A stretch of DNA of 64,000 nt from contig CP096135.1 in the NCBI GenBank assembly GCA_023213195.1, forward strand, positions 2,040,842 to 2,104,841, read 5' to 3'. Every line of letters begins with the position of its first letter. Position 1 is the stretch's first letter. The position numbers were made by a program, and so were the translations under genes. This document shows, piece after piece, positions 1 through 12,555 of the stretch. The DNA comes from Sphingobacteriales bacterium JAD_PAG50586_3 (GTDB taxonomy: Bacteria > Bacteroidota > Bacteroidia > CAMBQF01). The notes under the pieces are model-generated. The model ran no database searches, was not told the DNA's origin, and saw only the letters and a list, made by a program, of their open reading frames with translations.

Positions 1-64
1 GTAAGTTGTTTGATGCCTTTGCGCTTATGGGCCAATTACTATACTACTGGAGCGTAACAAAGAT

Positions 65-721
65 ATGATACCCGATATTGTAACATCGGGGTTAGACACT
101 GTTGCCGTGCGTATACCCAACCACCCGCTTACTTTAAACCTATTGCAAGAGCTGGACTTTCCACTGGCTGCGCCTAGCGCTAACCCGTTTGGCTATGTAA
201 GCCCAACAACAGCGCAGCATGTTGAGCAGCATTTGGGTGAAGAGGTAGATTATATACTAGATGGTGGCCCTAGCTTGGTTGGCTTAGAGTCTACCATTGT
301 GGGGTTTGAAAATGGTAAAACCATTATTTACCGCCTATGGGGATTAAGTGTTGATAATATAGAAGGCGCGGTGGGCAAGGTTGAATTGCAGATAAATTCA
401 TCATCAGACCCACGGGCACCGGGCCAGTTAAAAAGCCACTATGCGCCGGGTAAAAAGTTATACATACAAGGTACAGAACCTACAGGTATTGACTATAGCA
501 AGGTTGCATTTATAGGGTTTGATATACCACACGATTTGGTTAAACCCGAAAACCAACTGCTACTTTCTAAAACAGGCAATATAAACGAAGCGGCACAAAA
601 GCTGTTTGCCGCTTTGCGTAAAACAGATACGTTGGATGTTGATATTGTTATAGCAGCTAAATTCCCCGATAGTGGATTAGGCCTAGCTATTAATGATAGG
701 CTGAAACGCGCGGCTGGTTAG
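65..721 (+). CDS. tsaC: L-threonylcarbamoyladenylate synthase (YrdC/Sua5 family with Sua5 C-terminal domain); N-terminal ~90 aa missing at the window edge, so 5'-partial or frameshifted
   Basis: Has the YrdC core motif 'PSANPFG' and a Sua5-type C-terminal domain. Stop codons in all three frames within the first 64 nt mean the YrdC N-terminus is absent here. Confidence 0.7.
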   Translation: MIPDIVTSGLDTVAVRIPNHPLTLNLLQELDFPLAAPSANPFGYVSPTTAQHVEQHLGEEVDYILDGGPSLVGLESTIVGFENGKTIIYRLWGLSVDNIEGAVGKVELQINSSSDPRAPGQLKSHYAPGKKLYIQGTEPTGIDYSKVAFIGFDIPHDLVKPENQLLLSKTGNINEAAQKLFAALRKTDTLDVDIVIAAKFPDSGLGLAINDRLKRAAG

Positions 722-771
722 CTGTCGGTCGTCATCCCGAACTTGTTTCGGGATCTGTTTCCTATAAAATA

Positions 772-801
772 AAAAAGCCCCTTTTGGGGCTTTTTTGTTT
801 T
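772..801. terminator. Bidirectional rho-independent terminator between convergent tsaC and glmM
   Basis: GC hairpin aagcccctttt/ggggctt flanked by A and T runs. Confidence 0.7.
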
Positions 802-845
802 ATCAGATTATTCTGGAGATAGTCTCGCTGAGCGCAACTGGAGTG

Positions 846-2240
846 TTAGACCTTGGTCTGTAGCACTTCTTTAATATCAGAAATAATTTTCTTAGCCAGT
901 GTATTAGCCGTTACCTCGTTTGCACTTTCGGCATAAATACGGATGATAGGCTCTGTATTAGAACGGCGCAGGTGTACCCACTCGGTATCAAATTCAATCT
1001 TAACACCATCAACAGTATTAACAGGGTACTTTTTGTACTTATCCTTAATACGCTCCAGCACTTCATCTACATTAATCTCGGGCGTAAGTTCAATCTTGTT
1101 TTTAGATATGTAGTAGTTAGGATATTCGTAACGCAACTTAGAGCACGACTTGCCCGACTTAGCCAAATGGGTAAGGAACAGGGCAATGCCTACTAAAGCA
1201 TCGCGGCCATAATGTAGTTCGGGGTAAATAATACCGCCGTTGCCTTCGCCACCAATAATGGCGTTGTTCTTCTTCATTAGTTCAACTACGTTAACCTCGC
1301 CCACGGCCGATGCTTCGTAAGAACCACCGTGTTTTTGGGTAACATCGCGCAGGGCGCGGGTAGATGACATGTTAGATACCGTATTGCCTTTGGTATTCTT
1401 TAATATATAATCGGCAACGGCAACAAGGGTATACTCCTCGCCAAACATTTCGCCGTCTTCGCACACAATGGTAAGGCGGTCAACATCAGGGTCAACCACA
1501 ATACCTAAATGGGCCTTACTCTTTTTAACCTCTTTGGCAATATCCAACAGGTTTTCGGGCAGCGGCTCGGGGTTGTGTGGAAAATCGCCTGTAGGGTCGC
1601 AGTAAAGTTTAATAACCTTTTTAACGCCAAGTGCGGTAAGTAGCTCGGGCACATAAATGCCGCCGGTAGAATTAACAGCATCAACCGCAACGGTAAACTC
1701 AGCCTTTTTAATGGCTTCAACATCTACCAGCCCAAGGGCTAAAATCTTATCTATGTGTTTTTGAAGGTAAGAGTTGTTTTGGGTGTATTTACCAATATGG
1801 GTTACTTCGGCAAAGCTGATGCCATCGCTCTCGGTCAGGGCCAAAACCTCTTTACCATCAGCATCGCTAATAAACTCACCTTTTTCGTTAAGCAGTTTAA
1901 GGGCGTTCCACTGTTTAGGGTTGTGGCTGGCGGTAATAATAATACCCCCATCGGCCTTTTCTTCAGGTACGGCAATTTCTACCGTTGGGGTTGTAGAAAG
2001 CCCCAAATCAATAACATCAATACCCAAACCAATAAGGGTGCCGCTAACCAGGCTGCGTACCATCTCGCCAGATATACGGGCATCGCGGCCTATAACAATG
2101 GTAGCTTTTTTACCGCTGCGTTGTTTTATCCACGTACCGTATGCTGCCGAGAACTTAACTATATCGTATGGGGTTAGCGCATCGCCGGCTTTGCCACCAA
2201 TGGTTCCCCTAATACCCGAAATTGACTTTATAAGTGCCAT
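846..2240 (-). CDS. glmM: Phosphoglucosamine mutase (alpha-D-phosphohexomutase family)
   Basis: 464 aa. N-terminal GIRGTIGG, active-site loop TASHNPKQWNALK, Mg-binding DPDVDR. Confidence 0.85.
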   Translation of the reverse strand: MALIKSISGIRGTIGGKAGDALTPYDIVKFSAAYGTWIKQRSGKKATIVIGRDARISGEMVRSLVSGTLIGLGIDVIDLGLSTTPTVEIAVPEEKADGGIIITASHNPKQWNALKLLNEKGEFISDADGKEVLALTESDGISFAEVTHIGKYTQNNSYLQKHIDKILALGLVDVEAIKKAEFTVAVDAVNSTGGIYVPELLTALGVKKVIKLYCDPTGDFPHNPEPLPENLLDIAKEVKKSKAHLGIVVDPDVDRLTIVCEDGEMFGEEYTLVAVADYILKNTKGNTVSNMSSTRALRDVTQKHGGSYEASAVGEVNVVELMKKNNAIIGGEGNGGIIYPELHYGRDALVGIALFLTHLAKSGKSCSKLRYEYPNYYISKNKIELTPEINVDEVLERIKDKYKKYPVNTVDGVKIEFDTEWVHLRRSNTEPIIRIYAESANEVTANTLAKKIISDIKEVLQTKV

Positions 2241-2446
2241 GTATATTTTAAAAAGCCCGCAAAGATACGTTTTAAGTCGGGCTTAATGGCTGGAATTATT
2301 CACTTTGTTGATAACCTTTACCTGTGCTTTTTGCACCGTGCCCAATTGTGCGGCTAATAACTATTAGAATAACCTTAGAATGGTTGAAAGGATATTGTTA
2401 ATAGTTCATTTTTCATAACTTAGTGCCCCATTTATTATAACCAAGG

Positions 2447-3919
2447 GTGAATAATACTAACCGGTTTGAATTTTTACGCTTTGACCACCGTTCTATAGGT
2501 TGGTTTCAGGTATTGCTTGGTATTAGCTTGATATACAACCTTGTGCTACGTTTTGGGTATGCTGTTGAGTTATATGGGGAGCATTCTATTATTCCGGGCG
2601 ATATTATGCTAAAGATGAATGGTCCCGCATCGTACTCTGTTTTTGATTATATACGTAACGATTTATTTAGCAAGGTATTTATAGTTATAGCATTGCTGTT
2701 TTGCCTTGGATATATATGGGGCAAATACTACCGGTTTTTTGCCATAGGGCTTACATTTTTGTATTGGAATCTTTTGCAGGGTTCTTCATCTTTTGTGTTT
2801 GGTTTTGAGTTTTTCTCTTTCCAGTTACTGTTCTGGTCGTGCTTTTTGCCTGTAGGCCATAGGCTGTGGTTTACTAAAAGCCATGTATACCAAAAACCAT
2901 ATATGATTGTGTGTGTAGCTTTAACCATACAAATTGTGTGGGTATACTTTGCTACAGGTATAGTAAAGTATGGGGTTAGTTGGCACGAGGGGTATGCCGT
3001 GCGCAATATGCTTATGGACCACATGGCTACCTGGGGCCTTGCTTCGACTATAGCAGGCAGCGCGTTTTTGTATAAATCTCTAACTTATTTTACCCTGTTT
3101 TTTGAGTTAACCTTTCCCTTCTTGATTTTCAACCCTTACAAAAACAACATTACCCGCCTGTTGGCTGTAGTCTTTTTAATATCATTCCATTTAGGTATTA
3201 TGCTTAGCTACCATGTGGCAAACTTCTCGGTATCGGGAGTGGCTGTGGCCATGCTGCTAATACCCGCCTGGTTGTGGGACAAAACACCCGCACGTTCCAT
3301 AAAACCTGAAAATGCAGTGCCAACAGCTAACGTGTGGCTAAAGGTATTTTGCTTTTTTGCCATCTATGTTATATCAATAAAAAGCATAATATTTAGTGTA
3401 AAGTATGGCAGTAAAAAATCTGCTAAAACCGAAAGTACAGCCAAAAAGCTTGGCTATATTGATATTCCTAAACTGGTTAAGGTGTCTTTTTTCACCCAAC
3501 ACTGGAAAATGTTTGCCCCAAACCCACCGGTAAAATGTGGTTGGTTGGCACTTGAAGAATTAAAAGACAATGGCGATATAATTGATGTTATGTCAGGACA
3601 AAAAGTATTGGAACAGCCATTGCAGTTGTGGAAACCATCGGGCTTTGAGTACTATTTACTTATGTATGCCCGAAATTTTGATGCACCAGAAGGCAGTAGT
3701 GGTAAGTTTCAGGTATTTTTAAAATATTGGATACCTTATAAGCTGAAACAGGTAAATAAAGATAAAGTTGATATTAAAAACATCTTCCTAACCGATTATT
3801 TATATATTATTGCAAATCAAAAATCAGTAAGTTCAATCCCAATTAAAAGGAACATTATTGCCGCTACAAAAATTATAAACCAGTCTTTTCCTGTTTTGGA
3901 GAACGAACCAATTAATTAA
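2447..3919 (+). CDS. HTTM-domain (vitamin K-dependent gamma-carboxylase-like) polytopic membrane protein
   Basis: 490 aa with many TM helices and an N-terminal HTTM-like FDHRSIGWFQVLLG signature. Confidence 0.55.
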   Translation: MNNTNRFEFLRFDHRSIGWFQVLLGISLIYNLVLRFGYAVELYGEHSIIPGDIMLKMNGPASYSVFDYIRNDLFSKVFIVIALLFCLGYIWGKYYRFFAIGLTFLYWNLLQGSSSFVFGFEFFSFQLLFWSCFLPVGHRLWFTKSHVYQKPYMIVCVALTIQIVWVYFATGIVKYGVSWHEGYAVRNMLMDHMATWGLASTIAGSAFLYKSLTYFTLFFELTFPFLIFNPYKNNITRLLAVVFLISFHLGIMLSYHVANFSVSGVAVAMLLIPAWLWDKTPARSIKPENAVPTANVWLKVFCFFAIYVISIKSIIFSVKYGSKKSAKTESTAKKLGYIDIPKLVKVSFFTQHWKMFAPNPPVKCGWLALEELKDNGDIIDVMSGQKVLEQPLQLWKPSGFEYYLLMYARNFDAPEGSSGKFQVFLKYWIPYKLKQVNKDKVDIKNIFLTDYLYIIANQKSVSSIPIKRNIIAATKIINQSFPVLENEPIN

Positions 3920-3924
3920 AGCAG

Positions 3925-4803
3925 ATGATTAAAAATTTTACATACTATGTGTTTTTTACCTTTTGCCTACTAGTAAGTTCAAAGGTTTTTGCATTACGCG
4001 ATATTCCTCAAGATTCTTGCTTTTATTCTTTAGACTCGGCAAAAGCGCACCCAACAAAAGTTGCCTTATTGGTACTTAATGGCAAAAAATTAACCGATGT
4101 GCCGGCAGAGGTATTAACCTTTACCAATTTAAAAAGCCTGCACCTAACCCATAACCAACTGGCTACCCTGCCCGCTTGGCTCGCCGATTGCAAAAGCATT
4201 GAAACATTAATACTATCAAACAATAATTTTGATACCATCCCACGGGTAATTACTGAAATGGTAAACCTTAAAGAACTTGATTTTAGTGGCAATAATTTAA
4301 GCATTATACCTTTTGAAATAAACAGGCTGGGTAAATTAGAAATACTTGTACTGTCTGATAATCAGATTATTGATATGGGTGGTGCTTATGAATTATATAA
4401 CCTTAAAAGGCTGTTAGTGCGCAGTAACCGTGTTGTTAACATACCCATGGGCATTATTAAAATGCGCAAATTAGAAGAGGTTTGCTTTGCAAAAAATAAC
4501 CTGGAAGAGCTGCCTGAACAAATTTACTTGTTGCCACAAATAAATTATTTTTCATTTTTCAACAACAAAATAAAAGCCATTTCAGATAAGGTTTGTAATT
4601 TCACCAACTTAACGTACATAAATGTTTTGGGTAATGAGTTAAAAGACTTACCTGAATGCTTATTTAGTTTACCCAAGATTAATATTATAAATGCAGGCGC
4701 CAATAACTATAGTAAAGAAACTATTGAACGCCTTACTAAGCTTAATACAAGAAAAATAAATGTTTTTTTAGAGAAATCGCAAAACGAAGATTGTTTCCAT
4801 TAA
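3925..4803 (+). CDS. Leucine-rich-repeat (LRR) protein with signal peptide
   Basis: Repeated LxxLxLxxNxL(T/S)xLP units, for example LTHNQLATLP and LSNNNFDTIP. Confidence 0.75.
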   Translation: MIKNFTYYVFFTFCLLVSSKVFALRDIPQDSCFYSLDSAKAHPTKVALLVLNGKKLTDVPAEVLTFTNLKSLHLTHNQLATLPAWLADCKSIETLILSNNNFDTIPRVITEMVNLKELDFSGNNLSIIPFEINRLGKLEILVLSDNQIIDMGGAYELYNLKRLLVRSNRVVNIPMGIIKMRKLEEVCFAKNNLEELPEQIYLLPQINYFSFFNNKIKAISDKVCNFTNLTYINVLGNELKDLPECLFSLPKINIINAGANNYSKETIERLTKLNTRKINVFLEKSQNEDCFH

Positions 4804-4816
4804 TCAATTAATAAAC

Positions 4817-7800
4817 ATGAAAAACAAGTACAATTTACATTTACTGTTACTTGTTTGCTTTTTAAGCGTCACGGGGATGCTTACTGCGCAAACACTGCGG
4901 GTACAGGGAAGGGTAACAAACCTGCGTTTATCAGACTGTTCTGACTGTAACAGCAGCGCCGACCCCAGGATTAACTCACGTATTAGTACCGCAGCCCAAC
5001 CTTGGTCTGCTGAGTACAAAAATGAACGTGATGATGTTGGATGTGATGGTGGCCTATCAACAAACCCCGGCATTTATGATGTTTCGGGTGTTGGTATTGG
5101 TGAAGCCTGGTGGGTTGACATCCGTGGTTTTGAGGATGATAACTTTATTTGCTCTGGCGATGATGGCGACTGTAACAGCTATTCAAGCCCTACAGCAATA
5201 TCAGGTGTTATTTTAACTACCTGGGCCCCAAGTTGTGCCGGTGCATGGAATAGCTTTACTGCACAAAGGACTTGTACATCGGGCGGAACCCAAACCTACA
5301 CTAGTGATACAGAATTGCGCTACCACTGGGTTGCTTCAAGCCTTACAAATGCAAATGCAGGCGGTACTGCCTCTTTATCGGTTTCGGCCGATGCCAGTAT
5401 TTGTGTGGGTACTAACCCATCTATTATTAATGGTACATCTTTATTATCAGACCGTTTTGCCGACCGCGATTGGGAATTGAGCTTTAATGGCGGAGGCTTT
5501 ACTTCGTTAGGAAGTGGTGGTCAAAACTACGACCCCCAACATTAAACACTCCCGGTACCTACGTTTACCGTAGAAGGCTGGCTTATTGTACAGACTATAC
5601 CGGTGGAACAACCAGCGTGTATTCTAATACAGTTACTATTGTTGTTAACCCAATAAGGAGTACTGCATTTAACTATTCTGCATCAGCTTACTGCCAAAAC
5701 GCTAGCGACCCTACACCAACAGTAACCCTTAGCGGTGGTACGTTTACAGCTACACCGGCAGGTTTATCTATAAATGCATCTACTGGTGCTATTGATGTTT
5801 CAATATCTACCCCTGGGTCTTATACTGTTACTTACACCCAATCAAATCCTTGTCCTGCATCGCCAACCAGTGTTACTGTAACCATTAACGCGGCAGGCGT
5901 TTCTAACTTTAACTATGCAAATAACTCATATTGCCGCAATGGTATAGACCCTGTGCCGGCAGTTTCTGTTTTAGGTGGCACATTTAGCGCTACCCCGGCA
6001 GGTTTATCATTAGACGTTAACAATGGTACTATTGATGCTTCTGCATCTTCAGCAGGTTCTTATGTTGTTACCTACAACTCTGGTGGCACTTGCCCAACTA
6101 CAACAACAGATAACGTAACTATTGTAAACGCTGACAATGCTACGTTTGCTTACGGTTCTGCCAGTTACTGTATCAATGGTTCAGACGCATCGCCAAGCGT
6201 TTCAGGTTTAGCAGGCGGTACATTCTCTGCACCATCAGGCTTATCAATTGACCCTTCTACGGGTGTTATTGATGTATCAGCTTCTACAGCAGGCGGCCCT
6301 TATACCATTACCTATACAACTAATGGTGCGTGCCCTAACACTTCTACCCAGTCAGTATCTATTACGGCGGCAGGTGTTTCTACCTTTAGCTATGCCAATA
6401 GCTCTTATTGCCAAAATGGAACAGACCCAACGCCTTCTGTTACTGCATTGGGCGGTACTTTTAGCGCAACACCTGCAGGCTTATCATTTAACAATAGCAC
6501 AGGTTTTATAGATCTTTCTGCATCAGCAGCAAATACATATAGTATTACTTACAACTCTGGTGGTCCTTGCCCAACAACAACTACCAATACGGTAACTATA
6601 GTTGCAACAGACGATGCTACATTCAGCTACGGTTCTACTACCTACTGTAAAAATGCAGGTACTAACCCAGCGCCAACCATTACAGGTTTAGGTGGTGGTT
6701 CTTTCTCTGCTACATCAGGTTTGGTAATTGATGGCACTACAGGCGAAATTGACCTTGTTGCGTCTACAGTTGGTGGCCCGTACACAATAACTTATTCTAC
6801 CAACGGCCCATGCCCAACTAGTTCAACCCAATCTGTTACTATTGTAGCAGCTGGTAATTCTACATTTAGCTTTGCCCAAAACACATACTGTAAAAACGCA
6901 GCTAACCCAACGCCAAGCATATCGGCTCCGGGTGGTTCATTTACAGCTACCGCAGGTTTAGTTATAGACAACTCTACCGGACAGATTGATTTAGCAGCTT
7001 CTACAGCAGGTGGCCCATACACGGTAACTTATACCAGCACTGCGCCATGCCAAACACAATCTACCTTTACTATTAATATTACCCCTGCTGATGATGCATC
7101 TTTCAGCTACACTACAAACAGCTACTGTACTAACGGTACTAACCCTGTACCAACGATTACAGGTTTAGCAGGCGGTGTGTTTACTGCACAGTCTGGCTTA
7201 TTTGTAAACAGCGCAACCGGCGAGGTTAACTTAAGTGCATCTACTCCGGGTGGCCCATACACTGTAACCTACACTACAACCGGTGCTTGCCCTGCAAGTG
7301 CTACGTTTGCAATAGCTATTACAGGTGCCGATAACCCATCATTCAACTTCACCCAAGCATCGTACTGCCAAAACTCAGGTACTAACCCTGTAGCTAACAT
7401 TACAGGCTTACCGGGTGGTTCATTTACATCTGCCCCCGCAGGTTTAGTAATTGATGGAACAACAGGCGAGATTGATTTATTAGCATCAACCGTTGGTGGC
7501 CCATACACAGTTACCTATACTACAACAGGTGCTTGTGCCGCATCGCAAAACCAAACAGTAACTATTACTGTTGCCGATAACTCATCGTTTGCTTTTGCCG
7601 ACCCATCAATATGTATTAACGGTACTAACCCAACGCCTACTATTACAGGCTTAACAGGCGGTATATTCTCAGCATCGCCTGCCGGTTTAGATATTAACGC
7701 TTCTACAGGTTTAATCAACCTGGCTAACTCTGCAGTAAACACTCCATTTACAGTTACTTATTTAACTACAGGTGCCTGCCCAACATCTACCACACAGTCA

Positions 7801-10800
7801 ATTATATTATTGCCTGCCCCGGTAGTATCGTTTAGTGGTTTAGACCCTGAGTACTGTATCAGCGAGCCTACTGTTACCCTTGCAGGTTCTCCTGCCGGTG
7901 GTACATTTAGCGGCTTAGGCATTATTGGTAACACGTTTAGCCCAACATTAACTGTTGCCGGCCAACATGTTATTACATACTCTTATACTGATGGCAATGC
8001 TTGTTCTAACACATCAACCCAAACTGTTCAAATTAACGGTTTACCATTTGTTAGCTTAAGCGGTTTAGCTACATCATACTGTACAGATAATTCAAACCCT
8101 GTAGCCTTAACTATACTTCCTGCTGCAGGTGGTACACTTTCTGGTCCTAGTATTTCAGGTACCGATTTTGTTCCATCAAACGCAGGTACAGGTTTTGTAA
8201 CTATTACCTATACTTATACTGATGTTAACGGTTGTTCTAATACATCAACCCAAAATACTGTTGTTAACGCATTACCTGTTGTAGGTATCAGCGGCTTAGC
8301 CAATGCGTACTGCGTAAGCGCATCGCCTGCTAACTTAGGGGGTATACCTAACGGTGGCACTTTTAGCGGCACAGGTATATCGGGCAACACATTTGACCCA
8401 GCAGTAGCCGGTATAGGTACATTTACTATTACCTATGCTTATACTGATGGTAACTCTTGCTCTAACTCTACTACGCAAAACGTAACGGTTAACGACCTTC
8501 CGGTTGTATCAATTTCTAACCTTGCCAATGCTTACTGTGAAGATGCAGGCCCAATCAACCTTATAGCAACACCTCCGGGCGGTTCTTTTACAGGTATTGG
8601 TGTATCAAACAACCAGTTATTCCCATCTATTGTAAACGGTAACCAAACATTGGTAACCTATACCTATACTGATGGTTTAAGCTGTTCAAACTCTACATCT
8701 CAGCTTGTTACTATTAATGATTTACCGGTTGTAAGCTTTACAGGCCTTAACCCTGAGTACTGCGTAAGCGCAGGCCCTGTTACTTTAACAGGCACACCGG
8801 GTGCTGGTACATTTAGCGGTGCTGGCATATCAGGTACTACTTTTGACCCTGCAACAGCAGGCGTAGGCACACACGTAATTACCTTTGCTTATACCGATGG
8901 TAACTCTTGCTCTAATAGCGCTACCCAAACAGTGGTTGTAAATACTCTGCCATTCGTAGCTATCAGCAACTTACAATCTGCATACTGTGTTAGTGTTACT
9001 AACGTTCCATTAACAGGTATACCAGCAGGTGGCACATTTAGCGGTATTGGCGTAAGCGGTAACACTTTTAGCCCGGCTACTGCAGGCCAAGGTTCGCACA
9101 CCATTACCTACACTTATAGCGATGGTAACGGTTGCTCTAACACTGCTACACAAGTAGTAGCTGTTAACCCACTTCCAACATTATCTATAAGCGGCTTAGG
9201 CGCTGCATACTGTGTTGATGCTGCTCCTGTAAACATTGGTGGCTCACCTGTGGGTGGCACATTCAGTGGTTCAGGTATATCAGGCAACACATTTAGCCCT
9301 GCACTAGCCGGTGCCGGTACTTATAACATTACTTACTCTTATACCGATGGTAACGGCTGTTCTAACACAGCTACCCAGGGTGTTGTTGTAAACGCACTTC
9401 CTGTTGTTGCATTTAGCGGCTTAAACTCTACCTACTGTATTGGTAACGTTACCCCACAAGCACTAATTGGTGCCCCAGCGGGTGGCACATTTACCGGTGC
9501 AGGTATTTCAGGTACAGACTTTACTCCATCTGCAACAGGTGTTGGTACACACGTTATTACTTATAGCTATACCGATGTTAACTCTTGTTCAAACTCAGTA
9601 AGCCAAACAGTAACTGTAAACAACTTCCCACAAGTTGCTATAACTAACCTTGCGGCTCAATACTGTATATCAGCAGGTGTACAAACCCTAAGTGGTTTGC
9701 CATCGGGCGGTATATTTAGCGGCACAGGTGTAACCGGTGTTAGCTTTGACCCTGCAGCAGCAGGTGTAGGTATACATACTGTTACTTATACTTATTCTGA
9801 TGTTAATGGCTGTTCAAACACTGCTACCCAACAAGTACAGGTATATGCCCAGCCAACGGTTACTATCAGCGGTTTAGCTTCTACCTTCTGCTCTAACGAT
9901 GCTGCTGTAACCTTTACCGGTACACCTTCTGGTGGAACATTCAGCGGCCCTGAGCGTATCCGGTAACACATTCTTCCCAGCTATAGCAGGTGCAGGTGTA
10001 CATACCGTAACCTATGCTTATACAGATGGTAACGGTTGTGGTAACACCGCTACACAACAAGTAACGGTAGCACCAGCCCCAAGCCCTGTAATATCTGGCT
10101 TAGCCGCAAGCTACTGTATTAGCGCTAACCCTGTAACTGTAAACGTAACACCAGCCGGTGGTACATTCAGCGGTCCGGGCATGTCGGGTAATACCTTTAC
10201 CCCACAAACTGCCGGTGCAGGTTCTCACACTATTACATATACTGTAACCAGCGGAGGTTGTACAGGTACAACATCTGTACAGGTAATTGTTAACCCACTT
10301 CCAACAGTTGGTTTTGCGGGCTTACTAAATGCTTACTGCACCACATCGGCTGATGTTCAAATGACAGCTTTCCCTCAAGGTGGCTCATTTACAGGCACAG
10401 GTGTGTCGGGCAACATATTCAGCCCATCGCAAGCCGGTGTAGGTACATTTACCGTTAACTACTCGTATACTGATGGTAACCTTTGCTCTAACTCATACTC
10501 TCAGTTTGTAACCGTAAACCCTGCTCCGGTAGTATCGTTTACAGGTTTAGGCACTGCTGAGTACTGCGAAGATGCGGTTCCGGTTACTTTAACTGGTACT
10601 CCTGCCGGTGGCACATTTAGCGGTCCAGGCATGTCTGGCGATAACTTTAACCCAACATTTGCGGGTGCCGGTACACACACCATTACCTACCAATACACTA
10701 CAGGTAACGGTTGCAGCGGTACAAGCACACAAACAGTTGTTGTTAACGCTACTCCATCTGTTCAAATTACAGGCCTAAGCAGCAACTACTGTGTTGATGC

Positions 10801-12415
10801 TGCCCCTGTAAACTTAACAGGCAACCCAAGCGGTGGTACATTTAGCGGCCCGGGCGTTGTTAGCAACACATTTACCCCAGCTAACGCCAGCATTGGCCAA
10901 AACATTATTACCTACACTTATACTGATGGTAATACTTGCGCCGGTAGCATCCAACAAATTGTAAACGTTACTCCGCTAGATAATGCTACGTTCTTCTACG
11001 GCCAGTCTGCTTATTGCCAAACAGGCCTAACCAATCCAACACCAACCGTTACAGGTACTTTAGGTGGAACATTTAGCGCTTCTCCTGCGGGCTTAAGCAT
11101 TAACCCTGCTACAGGTTTAATTACATTAGGTGGCAGCACAGCCGGTACTTACACTGTAACATACACTACTAATGGCATTTGCCCTGCAAGCCAAACCTTT
11201 AGCGTATCTGTTACTAACGGTGCCAACGCAGGCTTTAACTATTCTTCTGCACAGTTCTGTAATAACCTAACCAACCCACAGCCTAACATTACCGGCGACT
11301 TTGGTGGTTCTTTCACAGGCTCTAACGGTATTGTAGTTAACCCTGTAACAGGCGAGATTGACCTTGCAAACAGCTCTACCGGTACATTTACCGTTACCTA
11401 CACTGTAGGTGGTTCTTGCCCTGGTTCAACTACTGCCAGCGTAACTATTTCTCAGGCCGATAACGCAGCGTTTGAATACCCATTGTATACTTATTGCCAA
11501 TCATCAACCCTAACACCAACACCTACCATTACCGGTAACCTTGGCGGTGTATTCAGCGGTTCTAATGGTTTATCAATAAGCTCTGTAAACGGTACAATAG
11601 ACTTGTTGGCCAGCCAACAAGGTGTTAATACCGTTACGTACACTACAAGCGGTGTTTGCCCTGCTACTTTCACTCAACAGGTATTCATCAACAATGGTCC
11701 TGTGGCTGATATTACTGCTAATGGCCCAACTACCTTCTGCTTTGGCGGTTCAGTATTGTTAGATGCCGGTTCTGGTTATTTTGATTACCAGTGGAGCACA
11801 GGTGTTAACACGCCTGTTATCAGCGCTTCATCATCTGCTAACTACTGGGTAGTTGTTACCGACTCGTCGGGTTGTTCTTCTAGCGATACTATGTCGGTTC
11901 TTGTTATTCAGGACCCTAACGCATCGTTCACGTTCAACACCTTCAGCCTAACAGCCAGCTTCTCTAACCTGTCAGACAATGGTCAAAGCTTCCTATGGAT
12001 ATTTGGCGATGGTCAGCCAAACTCTACAGAGCCTAACCCTGTTCACACCTATACTGATGATGGCACTTACCAGGTTACTTTAGTTGTAACCAACATTTGT
12101 GGTACAGATTCTATCACCATACCGGTTACAGTTATGAAAATTGGTATAGAAGAGCAACCTGTAGTATCTGCATTCAACTTATATCCAAACCCAACAGAGG
12201 GTAACATTACTGTTACTTTTGATGTTCCGTCTAAACAAAACGTAGGCATTATGCTTACCGATGTTACAGGCCGTATGGTTATGAGCGAAGCACTACAAGG
12301 CTACACAGGCACGTATACTAAACAATACAACTTTGATTACTTAGACCGCGGCGTATACTTATACAGCATACGCACCCAAAACGGTGTAATAACCAAACGT
12401 ATTGTACTTAACTAA
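4817..12415 (+). CDS. Giant T9SS-secreted repetitive surface adhesin (~2530 aa) with a signal peptide, about 25 tandem Ig/HYR-like modules of ~80 and ~95 aa, a PKD domain and a C-terminal Por-secretion (T9SS) sorting domain. It is split into three ORFs (4817-5545, 5617-9966, 9932-12415) by two single-base indels.
   Basis: Signal peptide MKNKYNLHLLLLVCFLSVTGMLTAQ. DNA-level tandem repeats of ~240 bp (5617-7800, 10950-11700) and ~285 bp (7800-10950). PKD motif WIFGDGQ..NPVHTY. CTD LYPNPTEGNITVTF...VYLYSIRTQNG. The frames rejoin across the C5 run at 5533-5537 and across ccctgAgcg at 9948-9956, where other repeat copies read GPGVSGNTF. Confidence 0.85.
5617..11700 (+). repeat. Intragenic tandem coding repeats of the giant adhesin (two module types, ~240 bp and ~285 bp periods)
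   Basis: Recurring protein motifs ...YC.N..(D/N)P.P....L.GG.F.A.P.GL... and ...LP.V.ISGL...YC......L.G.P.GGTFSG.GISGNTF.PA.AG.G.H.ITY.YTDGNGCSNT.TQ.V.VN..P. Confidence 0.85.
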
Positions 12416-12439
12416 GTAGGTTTTAAACCTTTATAATAA

Positions 12440-12477
12440 GCTCCCCTGACAGCAATGTCAGGGGAGCTTTGTTTTTG
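12440..12477 (+). terminator. Rho-independent terminator of the adhesin gene
   Basis: Hairpin gctcccctgacagcaatgtcaggggagc followed by tttgttttt. Confidence 0.75.
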
Positions 12478-12555
12478 GCCCCTACTGTATATGGCAGGTT
12501 TGCTTTGCTTATATTTTTTATCTTTGTAGTGGATTTTTGGATTAGATACATAACA

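Noticed and set aside
972-2286. ORFs 972-1196(+), 1505-1723(-), 1755-2177(+) and 1774-2286(+) inside glmM
   Set aside because: They are antisense or out-of-frame within a well-supported conserved gene, with no motifs. Spurious.
6248-12249. Numerous 60-100-aa ORFs on both strands inside the giant adhesin gene
   Set aside because: They arise from the repetitive, codon-biased Gly/Thr/Ser-rich sequence. All are embedded in the long conserved-module reading frame.
12469-12555. N-terminal 29-codon extension of the iscS ORF (MFLAPTVYGR...)
   Set aside because: It overlaps the adhesin terminator hairpin. The conserved IscS N-terminus MRVYLDNAATT begins at 12556.
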